In this document: in pieces, positions 1 through 12,984 of the stretch | Numbering within the stretch: the stretch's first letter is position 1 | Layout of the letters: every line of letters starts with the position of its first letter | Source: Mustelus asterias | Lineage: Eukaryota | Assembly: GCF_964213995.1 (NCBI RefSeq) | Contig: NW_027590578.1 | Span: forward strand, 1-64,000 | Length of the DNA stretch: 64,000 nucleotides | Direction of reading: 5' to 3' | The notes under the pieces: model-generated | Told to the model about the DNA's origin: nothing | The model's database searches: none | What the model saw: only the letters and a program-made list of their open reading frames with translations | Program-made: the position numbers and the translations under genes

Positions 1-3000
1 CTCTGTGTGTCTCCCTCTCTGTGTCTCTCCCTCTCTGTGTCTCTCCCTCTCTGTGTCTCTCCCTCTCTGTGTCTCTCCCTCTCTGTGTCTCTCCCCCTCT
101 GTGTCTCTCCCTCTCTGTGTCTCTCCCTCTCTGTGTCTCTCCCTNNNNNNNNNNNNNNNNNNNNNNNNNNNNNNNNNNNNNNNNNNNNNNNNNNNNNNNN
201 NNNNNNNNNNNNNNNNNNNNNNNNNNNNNNNNNNNNNNNNNNNNNNNNNNNNNNNNNNNNNNNNNNNNNNNNNNNNNNNNNNNNNNNNNNNNNNNNNNNN
301 NNNNNNNNNNNNNNNNNNNNNNNNNNNNNNNNNNNNNNNNCCCTCTGTGCCTCCCTCCCTCTGTGTCTCCCTCCCTCTGTGTCTCCCTCCCTCTGTGTCT
401 TCCTCGTTCTGTGTCTCCCTCTCTCTCTGTCTCCCNNNNNNNNNNNNNNNNNNNNNNNNNNNNNNNNNNNNNNNNNNNNNNNNNNNNNNNNNNNNNNNNN
501 NNNNNNNNNNNNNNNNNNNNNNNNNNNNNNNNNNNNNNNNNNNNNNNNNNNNNNNNNNNNNNNNNNNNNNNNNNNNNNNNNNNNNNNNNNNNNNNNNNNN
601 NNNNNNNNNNNNNNNNNNNNNNNNNNNNNNNNNNNNCTGTGTCTCCCTCCCTCTGTGTCTCCCTCCCTCTGTGTCTCCCTCCCTCTGTGTCTCCCTCCCT
701 CTGTGTCTCCCTCCCTCTGTGTCTCCCTCCCTCTGTGTCTCCCTCCCTCTGTGTCTCCCTCCCTCTGTGTCTCCCTCCCTCTGTGTCTCCCTCCCTCTGT
801 GTCTCCCTCCCTCTGTGTCTCCCTCCCTCTGTGTCTCCCTCCCTCTGTGNNNNNNNNNNNNNNNNNNNNNNNNNNNNNNNNNNNNNNNNNNNNNNNNNNN
901 NNNNNNNNNNNNNNNNNNNNNNNNNNNNNNNNNNNNNNNNNNNNNNNNNNNNNNNNNNNNNNNNNNNNNNNNNNNNNNNNNNNNNNNNNNNNNNNNNNNN
1001 NNNNNNNNNNNNNNNNNNNNNNNNNNNNNNNNNNNNNNNNNNNNNNNNNNNNNNNNNNNNNNNNNNNNNNNNNNNNTCTGTGTCTCCCTCCCTCTGTGTC
1101 TCCCTCCCTCTGTGTCTCCCTCCTCTGTGTCTCCCTCCCTCTGTGTCTCCCTCCCTCTGTGTCTCCCTCCCTCTGTGATTCCCTCCCTCTGTGTCTCCCT
1201 CCCCCTCTGTGTCTCCCTCCCTCTGTGTCTCCCTCCCTCTGTGTCTCCCTCCCTCTGTGTCTCCCTCCCTCTGTGTCTCCCTCCCTCTGTGTCTCCCTCT
1301 CTCTGTGTGTCCCTCTCTCTCTGTTTCTCCCTCTCTCTTTGTCTCCCTCAATCTGTGTCTCCCTCTCTCTGTGTCTCCCTCTCTCTGTGTCTCCCTCTCT
1401 CTGTGTCTCCCTCTCTCTGTGTCTCCCTCTCTCTGTGTCTCCCTCTCTGTGTCCCTCTCTCTGTGTCTCCCCTCTCTCTGTGTCTCCCTCTCTCTGTGTC
1501 TCCCTCTCTCTCTGACTCTCCCTCTCTGTGTGTCTCCCTCTCTGTGTGTCTCCCTCTCTGTGTGTCTCCCTCTCTGTGTGTCTCCCTCTCTGTGTGTCTC
1601 CCTCTCTGTGTGTCTCCCTCTCTGTGTGTCTCCCTCTCTGTGTGTCTCCCTCTCTGTGTCTCTCCCTCTCTGTGTCTCTCCCTCTCTGTGTCTCTCCCTC
1701 TCTGTGTCTCTCCCTCTCTGTGTCTCTCCCTCTCTGTGTCTCTCCCTCTCTGTGTCTCTCCCTCTCTGTGTCTCTCCCTCTCTGTGTCTCTCCCTCTCTG
1801 TGTCTCTCCCTCTCTGTGTCTCTCCCTNNNNNNNNNNNNNNNNNNNNNNNNNNNNNNNNNNNNNNNNNNNNNNNNNNNNNNNNNNNNNNNNNNNNNNNNN
1901 NNNNNNNNNNNNNNNNNNNNNNNNNNNNNNNNNNNNNNNNNNNNNNNNNNNNNNNNNNNNNNNNNNNNNNNNNNNNNNNNNNNNNNNNNNNNNNNNNNNN
2001 NNNNNNNCCCTCTGTGCCTCCCTCCCTCTGTGTCTCCCTCGTTCTGTGCCTCCCTCGTTCTGTGCCTCCCTCGTTCTGTGTCTCCCTCCCTCTGTGTCTC
2101 CCTCCCTCTGTGTCTTCCTCGTTCTGTGTCTCCCTCTCTCTCTGTCTCCCNNNNNNNNNNNNNNNNNNNNNNNNNNNNNNNNNNNNNNNNNNNNNNNNNN
2201 NNNNNNNNNNNNNNNNNNNNNNNNNNNNNNNNNNNNNNNNNNNNNNNNNNNNNNNNNNNNNNNNNNNNNNNNNNNNNNNNNNNNNNNNNNNNNNNNNNNN
2301 NNNNNNNNNNNNNNNNNNNNNNNNNNNNNNNNNNNNNNNNNNNCTGTGTCTCCCTCCCTCTGTGTCTCCCTCCCTCTGTGTCTCCCTCCCTCTGTGTCTC
2401 CCTCCCTCTGTGTCTCCCTCCCTCTGTGTCTCCCTCCCTCTGTGNNNNNNNNNNNNNNNNNNNNNNNNNNNNNNNNNNNNNNNNNNNNNNNNNNNNNNNN
2501 NNNNNNNNNNNNNNNNNNNNNNNNNNNNNNNNNNNNNNNNNNNNNNNNNNNNNNNNNNNNNNNNNNNNNNNNNNNNNNNNNNNNNNNNNNNNNNNNNNNN
2601 NNNNNNNNNNNNNNNNNNNNNNNNNNNNNTCTGTGTCTCCCTCCCTCTGTGTCTCCCTCCCTCTGTGTCTCCCTCCCTCTGTGTCTCCCTCCCTCTGTGT
2701 CTCCCTCCCTCTGTGTCTCCCTCCCTCTGTGTCTCCCTCCCTCTGTGTCTCCCTCCCTCTGTGTCTCCCTCCCTCTGTGTCTCCCTCCCTCTGTGTCTCC
2801 CTCCCTCTGTGTCTCCCTCCCTCTGTGTCTCCCTCCCTCTGTGTCTCCCTCCCTCTGTGTCTCCCTCCCTCTGTGTCTCCCTCCCTCTGTGTCTCCCTCT
2901 CTCTGTGTCTCCCTCTCTCTGTGTCTCCCTCTCTCTGTGTCTCCCTCTCTCTGTGTCTCCCTCTCTCTGTGTGTCCCTCTCTCTCTGTGTCTCCCTCTCT

Positions 3001-4280
3001 CTTTGTCTCCCTCAATCTGTGTCCCTCTCTCTGACTCTCCATCTCTCTGTGTCTCCCTCTGTGACTNNNNNNNNNNNNNNNNNNNNNNNNNNNNNNNNNN
3101 NNNNNNNNNNNNNNNNNNNNNNNNNNNNNNNNNNNNNNNNNNNNNNNNNNNNNNNNNNNNNNNNNNNNNNNNNNNNNNNNNNNNNNNNNNNNNNNNNNNN
3201 NNNNNNNNNNNNNNNNNNNNNNNNNNNNNNNNNNNNNNNNNNNNNNNNNNNNNNNNNNNNNNNNNNNNNNCTCTCTGTGTTCCCTCTCTCTGTGTCTCCC
3301 TCTGTGACTCTCCCTCTCTCTGTCTCTCCCTCTCTCTGTCTCTCCCTCTCTGACTCTCCCTCTCTGTGTGTCTCCCTCTCTGTGTGTCTCCCTCTCTGTG
3401 TGTCTCCCTCTCTGTGTGTCTCCCTCTCTGTGTGTCTCCCTCTCTGTGTGTCTCCCTCTCTGTGTGTCTCCCTCTCTGTGTGTCTCCCTCTCTGTGTGTC
3501 TCCCTCTCTGTGTGTCTCCCTCTCTGTGTCTCTCCCTCTCTGTGTCTCTCCCTCTCTGTGTCTCTCCCTCTCTGTGTCTCTCCCTCTCTGTGTCTCTCCC
3601 TCTCTGTGTCTCTCCCTCTCTGTGTCTCTCCCTCTCTGTGTCTCTCCCTCTCTGTGTCTCTCCCTCTCTCTGTGTCTCACTCTCTCTGTGTCTCACTCTC
3701 TCTGTGTCTCACTCTCTCTGTGTCTCACTCTCTCTGTGTCTCACTCTCTCTGTGTCTCACTNNNNNNNNNNNNNNNNNNNNNNNNNNNNNNNNNNNNNNN
3801 NNNNNNNNNNNNNNNNNNNNNNNNNNNNNNNNNNNNNNNNNNNNNNNNNNNNNNNNNNNNNNNNNNNNNNNNNNNNNNNNNNNNNNNNNNNNNNNNNNNN
3901 NNNNNNNNNNNNNNNNNNNNNNNNNNNNNNNNNNNNNNNNNNNNNNNNNNACTCACTCTCTGACTCTCACTGTGTCTCTGTCTCNNNNNNNNNNNNNNNN
4001 NNNNNNNNNNNNNNNNNNNNNNNNNNNNNNNNNNNNNNNNNNNNNNNNNNNNNNNNNNNNNNNNNNNNNNNNNNNNNNNNNNNNNNNNNNNNNNNNNNNN
4101 NNNNNNNNNNNNNNNNNNNNNNNNNNNNNNNNNNNNNNNNNNNNNNNNNNNNNNNNNNNNNNNNNNNNNNNNNNNNNNNNNNNNNNNNNNNNNNNNNNNN
4201 NNNNNNNNNNNCTCCCTCTCTGTGTGTCTCCCTCTCTGTGTGTCTCCCTCTCTGTGTGTCTCCCTCTCTGTGTCTCTCCC
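1..4280. repeat. CT-rich satellite (14-18 bp units such as CTCTGTGTCTCCCTCC) interrupted by ~200-bp N blocks
   Basis: Direct tandem repetition; the long ORFs here are low-complexity artefacts. Confidence 0.95.
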
Positions 4281-4580
4281 CCTCCTGGGCTTTGCCCCCC
4301 CCCTCCTGGGCTTTGCCCCCCCCCTCCTGGGCTTTGCCCCCCCCCCCTCCTGGGCTTTGCCCCCCCCCTCCTGGGCTTTGCCCCCCCCCTCCTGGGCTTT
4401 GCCCCCCCCCTCCTGGGCTTTGCCCCCCCCCCTCCTGGGCTTTGCCCCCCCCCCCTCCTGGGCTTTGCCCCCCCCCCTCCTGGGCTTTGCCCCCCCCCCT
4501 CCTGGGCTTTGCCCCCCCCCCTCCTGGGCTTTGCCCCCCCCTCCTGGGCTTTGCCCCCCCCTCCTGGGCTTTGCCCCCCC
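4281..4580. repeat. Tandem repeat CTCCTGGGCTTTG(C)n, ~21 bp
   Basis: About 14 copies with variable poly-C length. Confidence 0.9.
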
Positions 4581-4599
4581 CTCGGCCCCATTAATCCCC

Positions 4600-6260
4600 C
4601 TGATTGCCCCCCCCCCGCTTGCCCCCCCCCGATTGCCCCCCCCCGATTGCCCGCCCCCCGATTGCCCGCCCCCCCGATTGCCCGCCCCCCGATTGCCGCT
4701 GTTTCCCCCCCCCGCTTGTTTCCCCCCCGGCTTGTTTCCCCCCCCGCTTGTTTCCCCCCCCGCTTGTTTCCCCCCCCGCTTGTTTCCCCCCCCCGCTTGT
4801 TTCCCCCCCGCTTGTTTTCCCCCCCCGCTTGTTTCCCCCCCCGCTTGTTTCCCCCCCCGCTTGTTCCCCCCCCCCGCTTGTTCCCCCCCCCCGCTTGTTC
4901 CCCCCCCCGCTTGTTCCCCCCCCCCCCGCTTGTCCCCCCCCCCCCCCGCTTGTCCCCCCCCCCGCTTGTTCCCCCCCCCCCGCTTGTTCCCCCCCCCCGC
5001 TTGTTCCCCCCCCCGCTTGTTCCCCCCCCGCTTGTTCCCCCCCCCGCTTGTTCCCCCCCCCCGCTTGTTCCCCCCCCCGCTTGTTCCCCCCCCGCTTGTT
5101 CCCCCCCCGCTTGTTCCCCCCCCGCTTGTTCCCCCCCCCGCTTGTTCCCCCCCCCCGCTTGTCCCCCACCCCCCCGCTTGTTCCCCCCCCCCGCTTGTTC
5201 CCCCCCCCCGCTTGTTCCCCCCCCCCGCTTGTTCCCCCCCCCCCGCTTGTCCCCCCCCCCCCCGCTTGTCCCCCCCCCCCCCGCTTGTCCCCCCCCCCCC
5301 CGCTTGTTCCCCCCCCGCTTGTTCCCCCCCCCGCTTGTTCCCCCCCCCCGCTTGTTCCCCCCCCGCTTGTTCCCCCCCCCGCTTGTTCCCCCCCCCGCTT
5401 GTTCCCCCCCCCGCTTGTTCCCCCCCCGCTTGTTCCCCCCCCCGCTTGTTCCCCCCCCCGCTTGTTCCCCCCCCCGCTTGTTCCCCCCCCCGCTTGTTCC
5501 CCCCCGCTTGTTCCCCCCCCGCTTGTTCCCCCCCGCTTGTTCCCCCCCCGCTTGTTCCCCCCCCGCTTGTTCCCCCCCCGCTTGTTCCCCCCCGCTTGTT
5601 CCCCCCCCCCGCTTGTTCCCCGCCCCCGCTTGTTCCCCCCCCCGCTTGTTCCCCCCCCCCGCTTGTTCCCCCCCCCCCCGCTTGTTCCCCCCCCCCGCTT
5701 GTTCCCCCCCCCGCTTGTTCCCCCCCCCGCTTGTTCCCCCCCCCGCTTGTTCCCCCCCCCGCTTGTCCCCCCCCCCGCTTGTTCCCCCCCCCGCTTGTTC
5801 CCCCCCCGCTTGTTCCCCCCCCCGCTTGTTCCCCCCCCCCGCTTGTTCCCCCCCCCCGCTTGTTCCCCCCCCCGCTTGTTCCCCCCCCCCGCTTGTTTCC
5901 CCCCCCCCGCTTTTTCCCCCCCCCCCCGCTTGTTCCCCCCCCGCTTGTTCCCCCCCCGCTTGTTCCCCCCCCCGCTTGTTCCCCCCCCCGCTTGTTCCCC
6001 CCCCCGCTTGTTCCCCCCCCGCTTGTTCCCCCCCCCGCTTGTTCCCCCCCCGCTTGTTCCCCCCCGCTTGTTCCCCCCCCGCTTGTTCCCCCCCCCGCTT
6101 GTTCCCCCCCCGCTTGTTCCCCCCCCGCTTGTTCCCCCCCCCCGCTTGTTCCCCCCCCCGCTTGTTCCCCCCCCCGCTTGTTCCCCCCCGCTTGTTCCCC
6201 CCCCGCTTGTTCCCCCCCGCTTGTTCCCCCCCCCGCTTGTTCCCCCCCCCGCTTGTTCCC
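4600..6260. repeat. Poly-C satellite GCTTGTT(C)n (G-run rich on the minus strand)
   Basis: GCTTGTT followed by about 7-12 C, repeated throughout; the 5' part uses GATTG(C)n. Confidence 0.95.
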
Positions 6261-6262
6261 CT

Positions 6263-6290
6263 CTAACATGCACACAGACAGAAACATACG

Positions 6291-6328
<38 letters not shown>

Positions 6329-8271
6329 TATGCGACTGTGAGAATTGTCACAGATCAATCCCAATATCAGTGAGTAATCTCCAATGCAATAGTTTGTGAC
6401 CAGGTTGTGCAACATGCATTGAAATGTGGCAATATGGAAGTTGGTTCACTCAGTTGGCTGGACAGCTGGTTTGAGATGCACAAAGTCTCCAACACGTCAT
6501 GAAAGCCCAACCCTTTCAACCTTTCCCCTGGCCTGAGGTGTGGTAAATCACCGCCAGTGAGTTCTCCCCCTCAAAGGGGAGAGCAGCAGATCGTCATCTG
6601 GGACTGTGGTCACTTTCCCTTTACCGATGTTCAACTTTATTTCCCTTCCTCAATTTCTGCTCATCTCCAAGAGACTCGAGCGAAATTCACCCAATCTTTC
6701 AACACCAATATTACACACACAATACTGGAGCAATTGGACATTTCACACAACACCCAATAGCTGGTAACAAGACCAAACAAAAACTGTTCCAAACAAGAGT
6801 GGTGGCACCAGCTGACCCACACAAATATATAACTTGAAAGGAATATTCGTCTATCCATCCAGCTGACTCTCTTTCTCTGTCTACCTAACAGAGAGATTTT
6901 TCAGTGCAGTAACAACTGAAACAGGGTAGAATGTAGGAATAAGAAAGACAGGAACTTGTGTAAAATAAAACTGAGACACAGGTGAGTTGAGTAATGAATG
7001 AAACAAGGCCGAACACAGCAGTATCTCCGATGATGCTGAATGTAAGAGAAACAGATCAAATCTATTCCTGGGGAAGTGCAGCAACAGCTTAGAAATTGTC
7101 GGGTGTGGTGTAGATAGAGGCATGGCTGCGTGCGTTAATAACTGTGACTTCACTGAGTGCATTGGAAACAGTGACATAGTTGAGTGAAGCAATAACTAAG
7201 TAAAGACCAATTGTAGTATATACAGAGGGATGGCCCCATGCATTAAGAAGAGAAACTGTATCTAGTTTATAGGGGTGGCGCAGTGGTTAGCACTGCAGCC
7301 TCTCAGCGCCAGGGACCCGGGTTCGATTCCCGACTTGCGTCACTGTCTGTGTGGAGTCTGCATGTTCTCCCCGTGTCTGGGTTTCCTCCGAGTGCTCTGG
7401 TTTCCTCCCACAGTCTGAAAGACATGCTGTTCGGTGGATTGGCCATGCTAAATTCTACCTCAGTGAAGCCGAACAGCGCCGGAGTGTGGCAACTAGGGGA
7501 TTTTCACAGCAACTTCATTGCAGTGTTAATGTAAGCCTACTTGTGACACTAATAAATAACATTGAAACTGTATAAAGTGTTATATACACAGATACAGTGC
7601 TGAGGTAAAGAGAAATGGAGACATGCTCCACATTCATTACCCAGACATGGTCTAGTTTATTTTTTATAAAGAGTGACATGGTTAAATGCAGTGATAATTT
7701 AAGCAGGTTCCCTCCCTAACAGCACTGTGGGTGTACCTACACCACATAGACAGCAGCGGGTTCAAGACGGCAGCTCACCACCACCTTCTCCAGGGCAACT
7801 AGGAATGGGCAATAAATGCACCCCTAGCCAGTGACACCCACATCACAAGAATCAATAAATATTCATCTAACCCAGCACATTGTCCAATGAAATATCAATC
7901 CATACATGGTATTAATACAGTGAGAACTCAAAAAGGGTTGATTGTAGTGTCCACAGCAACATGGTGTAATGTAGTATTCACTGAGACAACTGAGCGTATA
8001 AACAGCGACTGGGTTGAGTGCAGTGATAACTGGGAAAGGAGCGAATGTCCGGGATTCTCCGGCTGTTCACTCGTGGGGAATTCTCTGCTCTCGTTCCCCT
8101 GCCTCTGGTTTCCTGCTAGCGTGAGGTGACTTCAATGGGAAATCCCATTGACAGCGACAGGACCAAAAACTCCCTCTGCTAGTGAACGGTGTGTCACCTC
8201 TCACTGCCCAGAAAGCTGCTGAGGGGAGACTGGAGGATCCCAGAAACTATGTTAAAAATAGCCATATTGGC
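6263..8271 (+). repeat. ~2-kb segmental duplication, copy 1 (copy 2 at 29323-31329)
   Basis: Near-identical from CTAACATGCACACAG to AATAGCCATATTGGC; paired ORFs in the track are near-identical. Confidence 0.95.
7272..7560 (+). mobile_element. HE1-like tRNA-derived SINE
   Basis: GTGGCGCAGTGGTTAGCACTGC A box, GGTTCGATTCC B box, GTGTGGAGT...TTCCTCCCACAGTC core, AATAAA tail. Confidence 0.85.
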
Positions 8272-8337
8272 AACAGCAGGAAAATATTACATCCCAAACT
8301 CAGTAATATTCACAATGATATTCTCCAATCAGCTGAA

Positions 8338-9966
8338 GGGCAGAGATTACTGATACAAGACCCAGATTGTAATAACAGAGGGAGGTTTAGGGCAGAGATT
8401 ACTGACACCAGGCCCAGACTGTAATAACTGAGAGAGGTTTAGGGCAGAGTTTGCTGAATCAAGGCCCAGATTGTAATAACTGAGAGAGGTATCGGGCAGA
8501 GATTACTGATACCAGGCCCAGATTGTAATAACTGAGAGTGGTTTAGGGCAGAGATTACTGATACAAAGCCCAGATTGTAATGACTGAGAGAGGTTTAGGG
8601 CAGAGATTACTGATACCAGGCCCAGATTGTAATAACAGAGAGGTTTAGGGCAAAGTTTGCTGAATCAAGGCCCAGATTGTAATAACTGAGAGAGTTGTAG
8701 GGCAGAGATTACTGACACAGTGCCCATATTGTAATAACTGAGAGAGGTTTATGGCAGAGATTACTGATACAAGTCCCAGATTGTAATAACTGAGAGAGGT
8801 TTAAGGCAGAGATTACTGATACAACGCCCAGATTGTAATAACTGAGAGAGGTTTCGGTCAGAGATTACTGATACCAGGCCCAGATTGTAATAACTGAGAG
8901 AGGTTTCGGGCAGAGTTTACTGATATAAGTCCCAGGTTGTAATAACTGAGAGATGTTTAGGGCAGAGTTTACTGATACAAGGCCCAGATTGTAATAACTG
9001 AGAGAGGTTTAGGGCAGAGTTTACTGAATCAAGGCCCAGATTGTAATAACCAAGAGAGGTTTCGGGCAGAGTTTACTGATACCAGGCCCAGATTGTAATA
9101 ACTGAGCAAGGTTTCGGGCAGAGTTTACCGATTGAAAACCCAGATTGTAATAACTGAGAGAGGTTTAGAGCAGAGATTACTGATACAAGGCCCAGATTGT
9201 AATGACTGAGAGAGGTTTCGGGCAGAGATTACTGATACAAGGCCCAGATTGTAATAACTGAGAGAGGTTTCGGGCTAAGTTTACTGATACAAAACCCAGA
9301 TTGTAATAACTGAGAGAGGTTTAGGGCAGAGATTACTGATACAAAGCCCAGATTGTAAGAACTGAGAGAGGTTTAGGGCAGAGATTACTGATACAAAGCC
9401 CAGATTGTAAGAACTGAGAGAGGTTTCAGGCAGAGTTTACTGATACAAGGCCCAGATTGTAATAACTGAGAGAGGTTTCGGGCAGAGTTTACTGATACAA
9501 GGCCCAGATTGTAATAACTGAGAGAGGTTTCGGGCAGAGATGACTGATACAAGGCCCAGATTGTAATAACTGAGAGAGGTTTCGGGCAGAGTTTACTGAT
9601 ACCAGGCCCAGATTGTAATAACTGAGAGAGGTTTCAGGCAGAGATTACTGATACAAGGCCCAGATTGTAATAACTGAGTGAGGTTTCGGACAGAGTTTAC
9701 TGATACAAGGCCCAGATTGTAATAACTGAGAGAGGTTTCGGGCAGAGTTTACTGATACAAGGCCCAGATTGTAATAACTGAGAGAGGTTTCGGGCAGAGT
9801 TTACTGATACAAGGCCCAGATTGTAATAACTGAGAGAGGTTTCGGGCAGAGTTTACGGATACAAGGCCCAGATTGTAATAACTGAGAGAGGTTTAGGGCA
9901 GAGATTACTGATACAAGGCCCAGATTGTAATAACTGAGAGAGGTTTCGGGCAGAGTTTACGGATAC
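8338..9966. repeat. 52-bp minisatellite, ~31 copies
   Basis: Unit GCAGAGATTACTGATACAAGGCCCAGATTGTAATAACTGAGAGAGGTTTAGG; period 52 (e.g. AATAACTG at 9721 and 9773). Confidence 0.95.
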
Positions 9967-10069
9967 ATGATCCCGGCAGGATTTACTGTTTGATAATCCA
10001 GCTGTTTGGCCCCGTTATGAGCACACCTTCCATGGCCATCAAGTCCGGAAGTCGGCCTTGAACCCTTGA

Positions 10070-10322
10070 AGAATGAGAGGCGATCCCATTGAAACAGACT
10101 TAAAATTCTTACAGGGTGTGACAGGATGGATGTAGATTGGATGTTTCCCCTGGCTGGTGAGACTAGAACCAGGGGACACAATCTCAGAATCAGGGGCAGA
10201 CCATTGAAGACTGAGATGAGGAGGAATTTCTTCACTCAGAGGGTGGTGAATCTTTGGAATTTTCTATTCCAGGGGGATGTGGAAGCCCAATCATTCAGCA
10301 TGTTCAAGACGCAAATCGATTG
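10070..10322 (+). mobile_element. CR1/HER1 LINE 3' fragment
   Basis: TRGHNLRIRG...RRNFFTQRVVNLWN, the CR1 ORF2 C-terminal motif. Confidence 0.85.
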
Positions 10323-10531
10323 TGTGNNNNNNNNNNNNNNNNNNNNNNNNNNNNNNNNNNNNNNNNNNNNNNNNNNNNNNNNNNNNNNNNNNNNNNNNNN
10401 NNNNNNNNNNNNNNNNNNNNNNNNNNNNNNNNNNNNNNNNNNNNNNNNNNNNNNNNNNNNNNNNNNNNTGTGTTTATTACTGTGTGCGTCTGAGTGTTAC
10501 TGGGTGAGAATATCTGTTTCTCTGTGTTTTC

Positions 10532-10845
10532 ATGGAATCCTAGACTCCTACAGTGCAGAAGGAGGCCATTTGGCCCATTGAGTCTGCACCGACCACAATC
10601 CCACCCAGGCCCTATCCCCATTACCCCATGCATTTACCCAAGCTAGTCTCCCTGACGCGGAGGGACAATTTAGCACGGCCAATGCACCCGAACCAGAACG
10701 TCTTTCAGACTGTAGGAGGAAACCGGGGCACCCGGAGGAAACCCACGCAGACACGGGGAGAACGTGCAAACTCCGCACAGACAGTGACCCAAGCCGGGAA
10801 CCGAACCCGACTCCCTGGCACTGTGAGGCAGCAGTGCTAACTGTG
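10532..10845 (-). mobile_element. HE1-like SINE
   Basis: Reverse-complement SINE (GGAAACCCACGCAGACACGGGGAGAAC...GGCAGCAGTGCTAAC) with CR1-like tail. Confidence 0.85.
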
Positions 10846-11298
10846 TGTTTGATGTGTGTGTGTGTGTTTCTGTGTGTGTGTGTGTTTCTGTGTGTTTGTG
10901 TGTGTGCTTTTTGTGCGTGTTTTATGTGTGTTTGTGTGTGCGTGCTTTGTGTGTGTGCATGTTTTGTGTGTGTTGGAGTGTGCGTGTTTTGTGTGTGTTG
11001 GAGTGTGCGTGCTTTGTGTGTGTTGGTGTGTGCGTGCTTTGTGTGTGTGTGTGTTGGTGTGTGCGTGTTTTGTGTGTGCGTGTTTTGTGTGTGTTGGTGT
11101 GTGCGTGTTTTGTGTGTGTGCGTGTTTTGTGTGTGCGTGTTTTGTGTGTGTTGGTGTGTGCATGTTTTGTGTGTGTGCGTGTTTTGTGTGTGTTGGTGTG
11201 CGCGTGTTTTGTGTGTGCGTGTTTGTGTGTGTTGGTGTGTGCGTGCTTTGTGTGTGTGCGTGTTTTGTGTGTGTTGGTGTGTGCGTGTTTTGTGTGCG
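10846..11298. repeat. GT-rich simple repeat
   Basis: (TGTGTGCGTGTTT/TGTTGG)n. Confidence 0.9.
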
Positions 11299-12984
11299 TA
11301 CGAGCACCATGATCTGTTTGAATGCTGGTGCAGGATCGATGGGCCAAATGGCCTACACCTGCTCCTATTTTCCTTTGAGATTTAAATACATTGACACACA
11401 TGCACGCTGACACACACACACAGAAAGATATACACAGTGTTGACGTATTTATTGACCACTTAATGTGACTGAATGCTACACATCCCAGTTTACCAAAGAC
11501 ACACAATATTCAGCAGCATTGTAAACAGCGCAGCTGGAAACATCAAATTGGGGATTTGGTTTGAAAAAGGGTCAAAGCCTCTCTTGCTAAAGGCTGTTTG
11601 TCTATATTGTGCTGACAGTGATACACTGCCATCCTCTGCTGCCTGCTGGACACTGCTCCAGCCGCAGAGAGAGTGAAGTACATCAGAAACTCACTGGGAG
11701 AGAATGCAGCTTCACACAGTATCCATCCAAAATGACAGGAGCATCAGCACACACACAAGCTCCGTGTGGAGACTGAGAGGGGCTCAGTGTGGAACACAAA
11801 CCTTCACACTAAACCTGGAAGGACATTGATAAAGAGTTTAAAACAAAACTTCAGCAAATGTTTTGAAACATTTTGGTCCGTGGAAAAGTGCAGTGTGTAA
11901 AAAGCTGAAGATGTTTCCATTTCACATCTTCCTGCTTTGGGGAAATGGGAGTTATCTTTGCATTTACAAGGATATGGGGAGGAAGGTGTTTGAATGGACA
12001 TTCAGCTTTTTGGGTGATTAAAGTGTCAATTTGTTTCCAGAAGCTGTTTACAGTGATTGTCCCGAGAGATTGTATTGTTTCAGTGATGTCGACGTCTCCA
12101 ATACTTCAGACAGAGGAAGGAAACAATATACAAAAGGAAAGATTGGGGGATTCACTACATTGAAGGTGTGAGGCCTCATCACTCTCTGTCTGGTTTTGTT
12201 CTGAAATCTTTACATTTTTAAACACTGAAACCTCTTGCCCTTGTTGGGAATATCACTGCGGTTTGAGAAAAGCAAACACTGATCCCACACTAAACACCCC
12301 CCCCAACACAGGACTGAGCAGAGAGTGTGAAATGTGACTGGTGTCAGAGTGGATTGTCAAACTGACAGAAGGGATTTGAAAAATCTCTAAATGATTCATT
12401 GATTAAAAACTCTAACATTAATGTCCCGCATCATAAACATCTGCTTCATTATTGTATCTTTCTTTTACAGATCAAGTGATGGGTTGAATTTTGGACGGTG
12501 TAGATTTCCCTCAGCTGATTATTAAGATTCCTGATTGACACAAATACAATATCTGCTGTCGGTGACTCCAACAGTGAAATTCTCTCAGTTTATCATTCTG
12601 AATCTGTCACTGAGACAATTGTGGGCGGTAGTTCAGTTTTCAGTGTGAAATGTAGAAGGTAACTTTTGTTGTTCTGTAATTGTAGTTAATAGTTTTCCTG
12701 TAGTTTAAATCTCAGGTATAAATTAATAACTTTTCTCGTTCCTTGTTCACAATTGTTCATTTCCCGTGATGTTGAGCTCTGGTTTTCTCTTTCTGGTGTC
12801 TGGTCCAGCTGTACAGATATTGGGCAGCTCAGAGCGGGGCGGGGGGGGGGGGTTCTGATCTCATTGTGAAGCTCAAAGGTCAGATTCACTTTTGTTAACT
12901 TTAAAATCAATTTTCCTGTCACATATTCTCTGAATTTTTAAATAAATATTGAATGGAAAATAAAATCTGACTTTGCCAAACTCT

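Noticed and set aside
5-6399. ORFs of 400-1000 aa in many frames
   Set aside because: Stop-free translations of satellites and N gaps; no coding signal
7272-7345. tRNA gene
   Set aside because: The A and B boxes belong to the SINE head and continue into the SINE core
8338-9966. CRISPR-like regular repeat
   Set aside because: Contiguous 52-bp units with no unique spacers, no cas genes, vertebrate context
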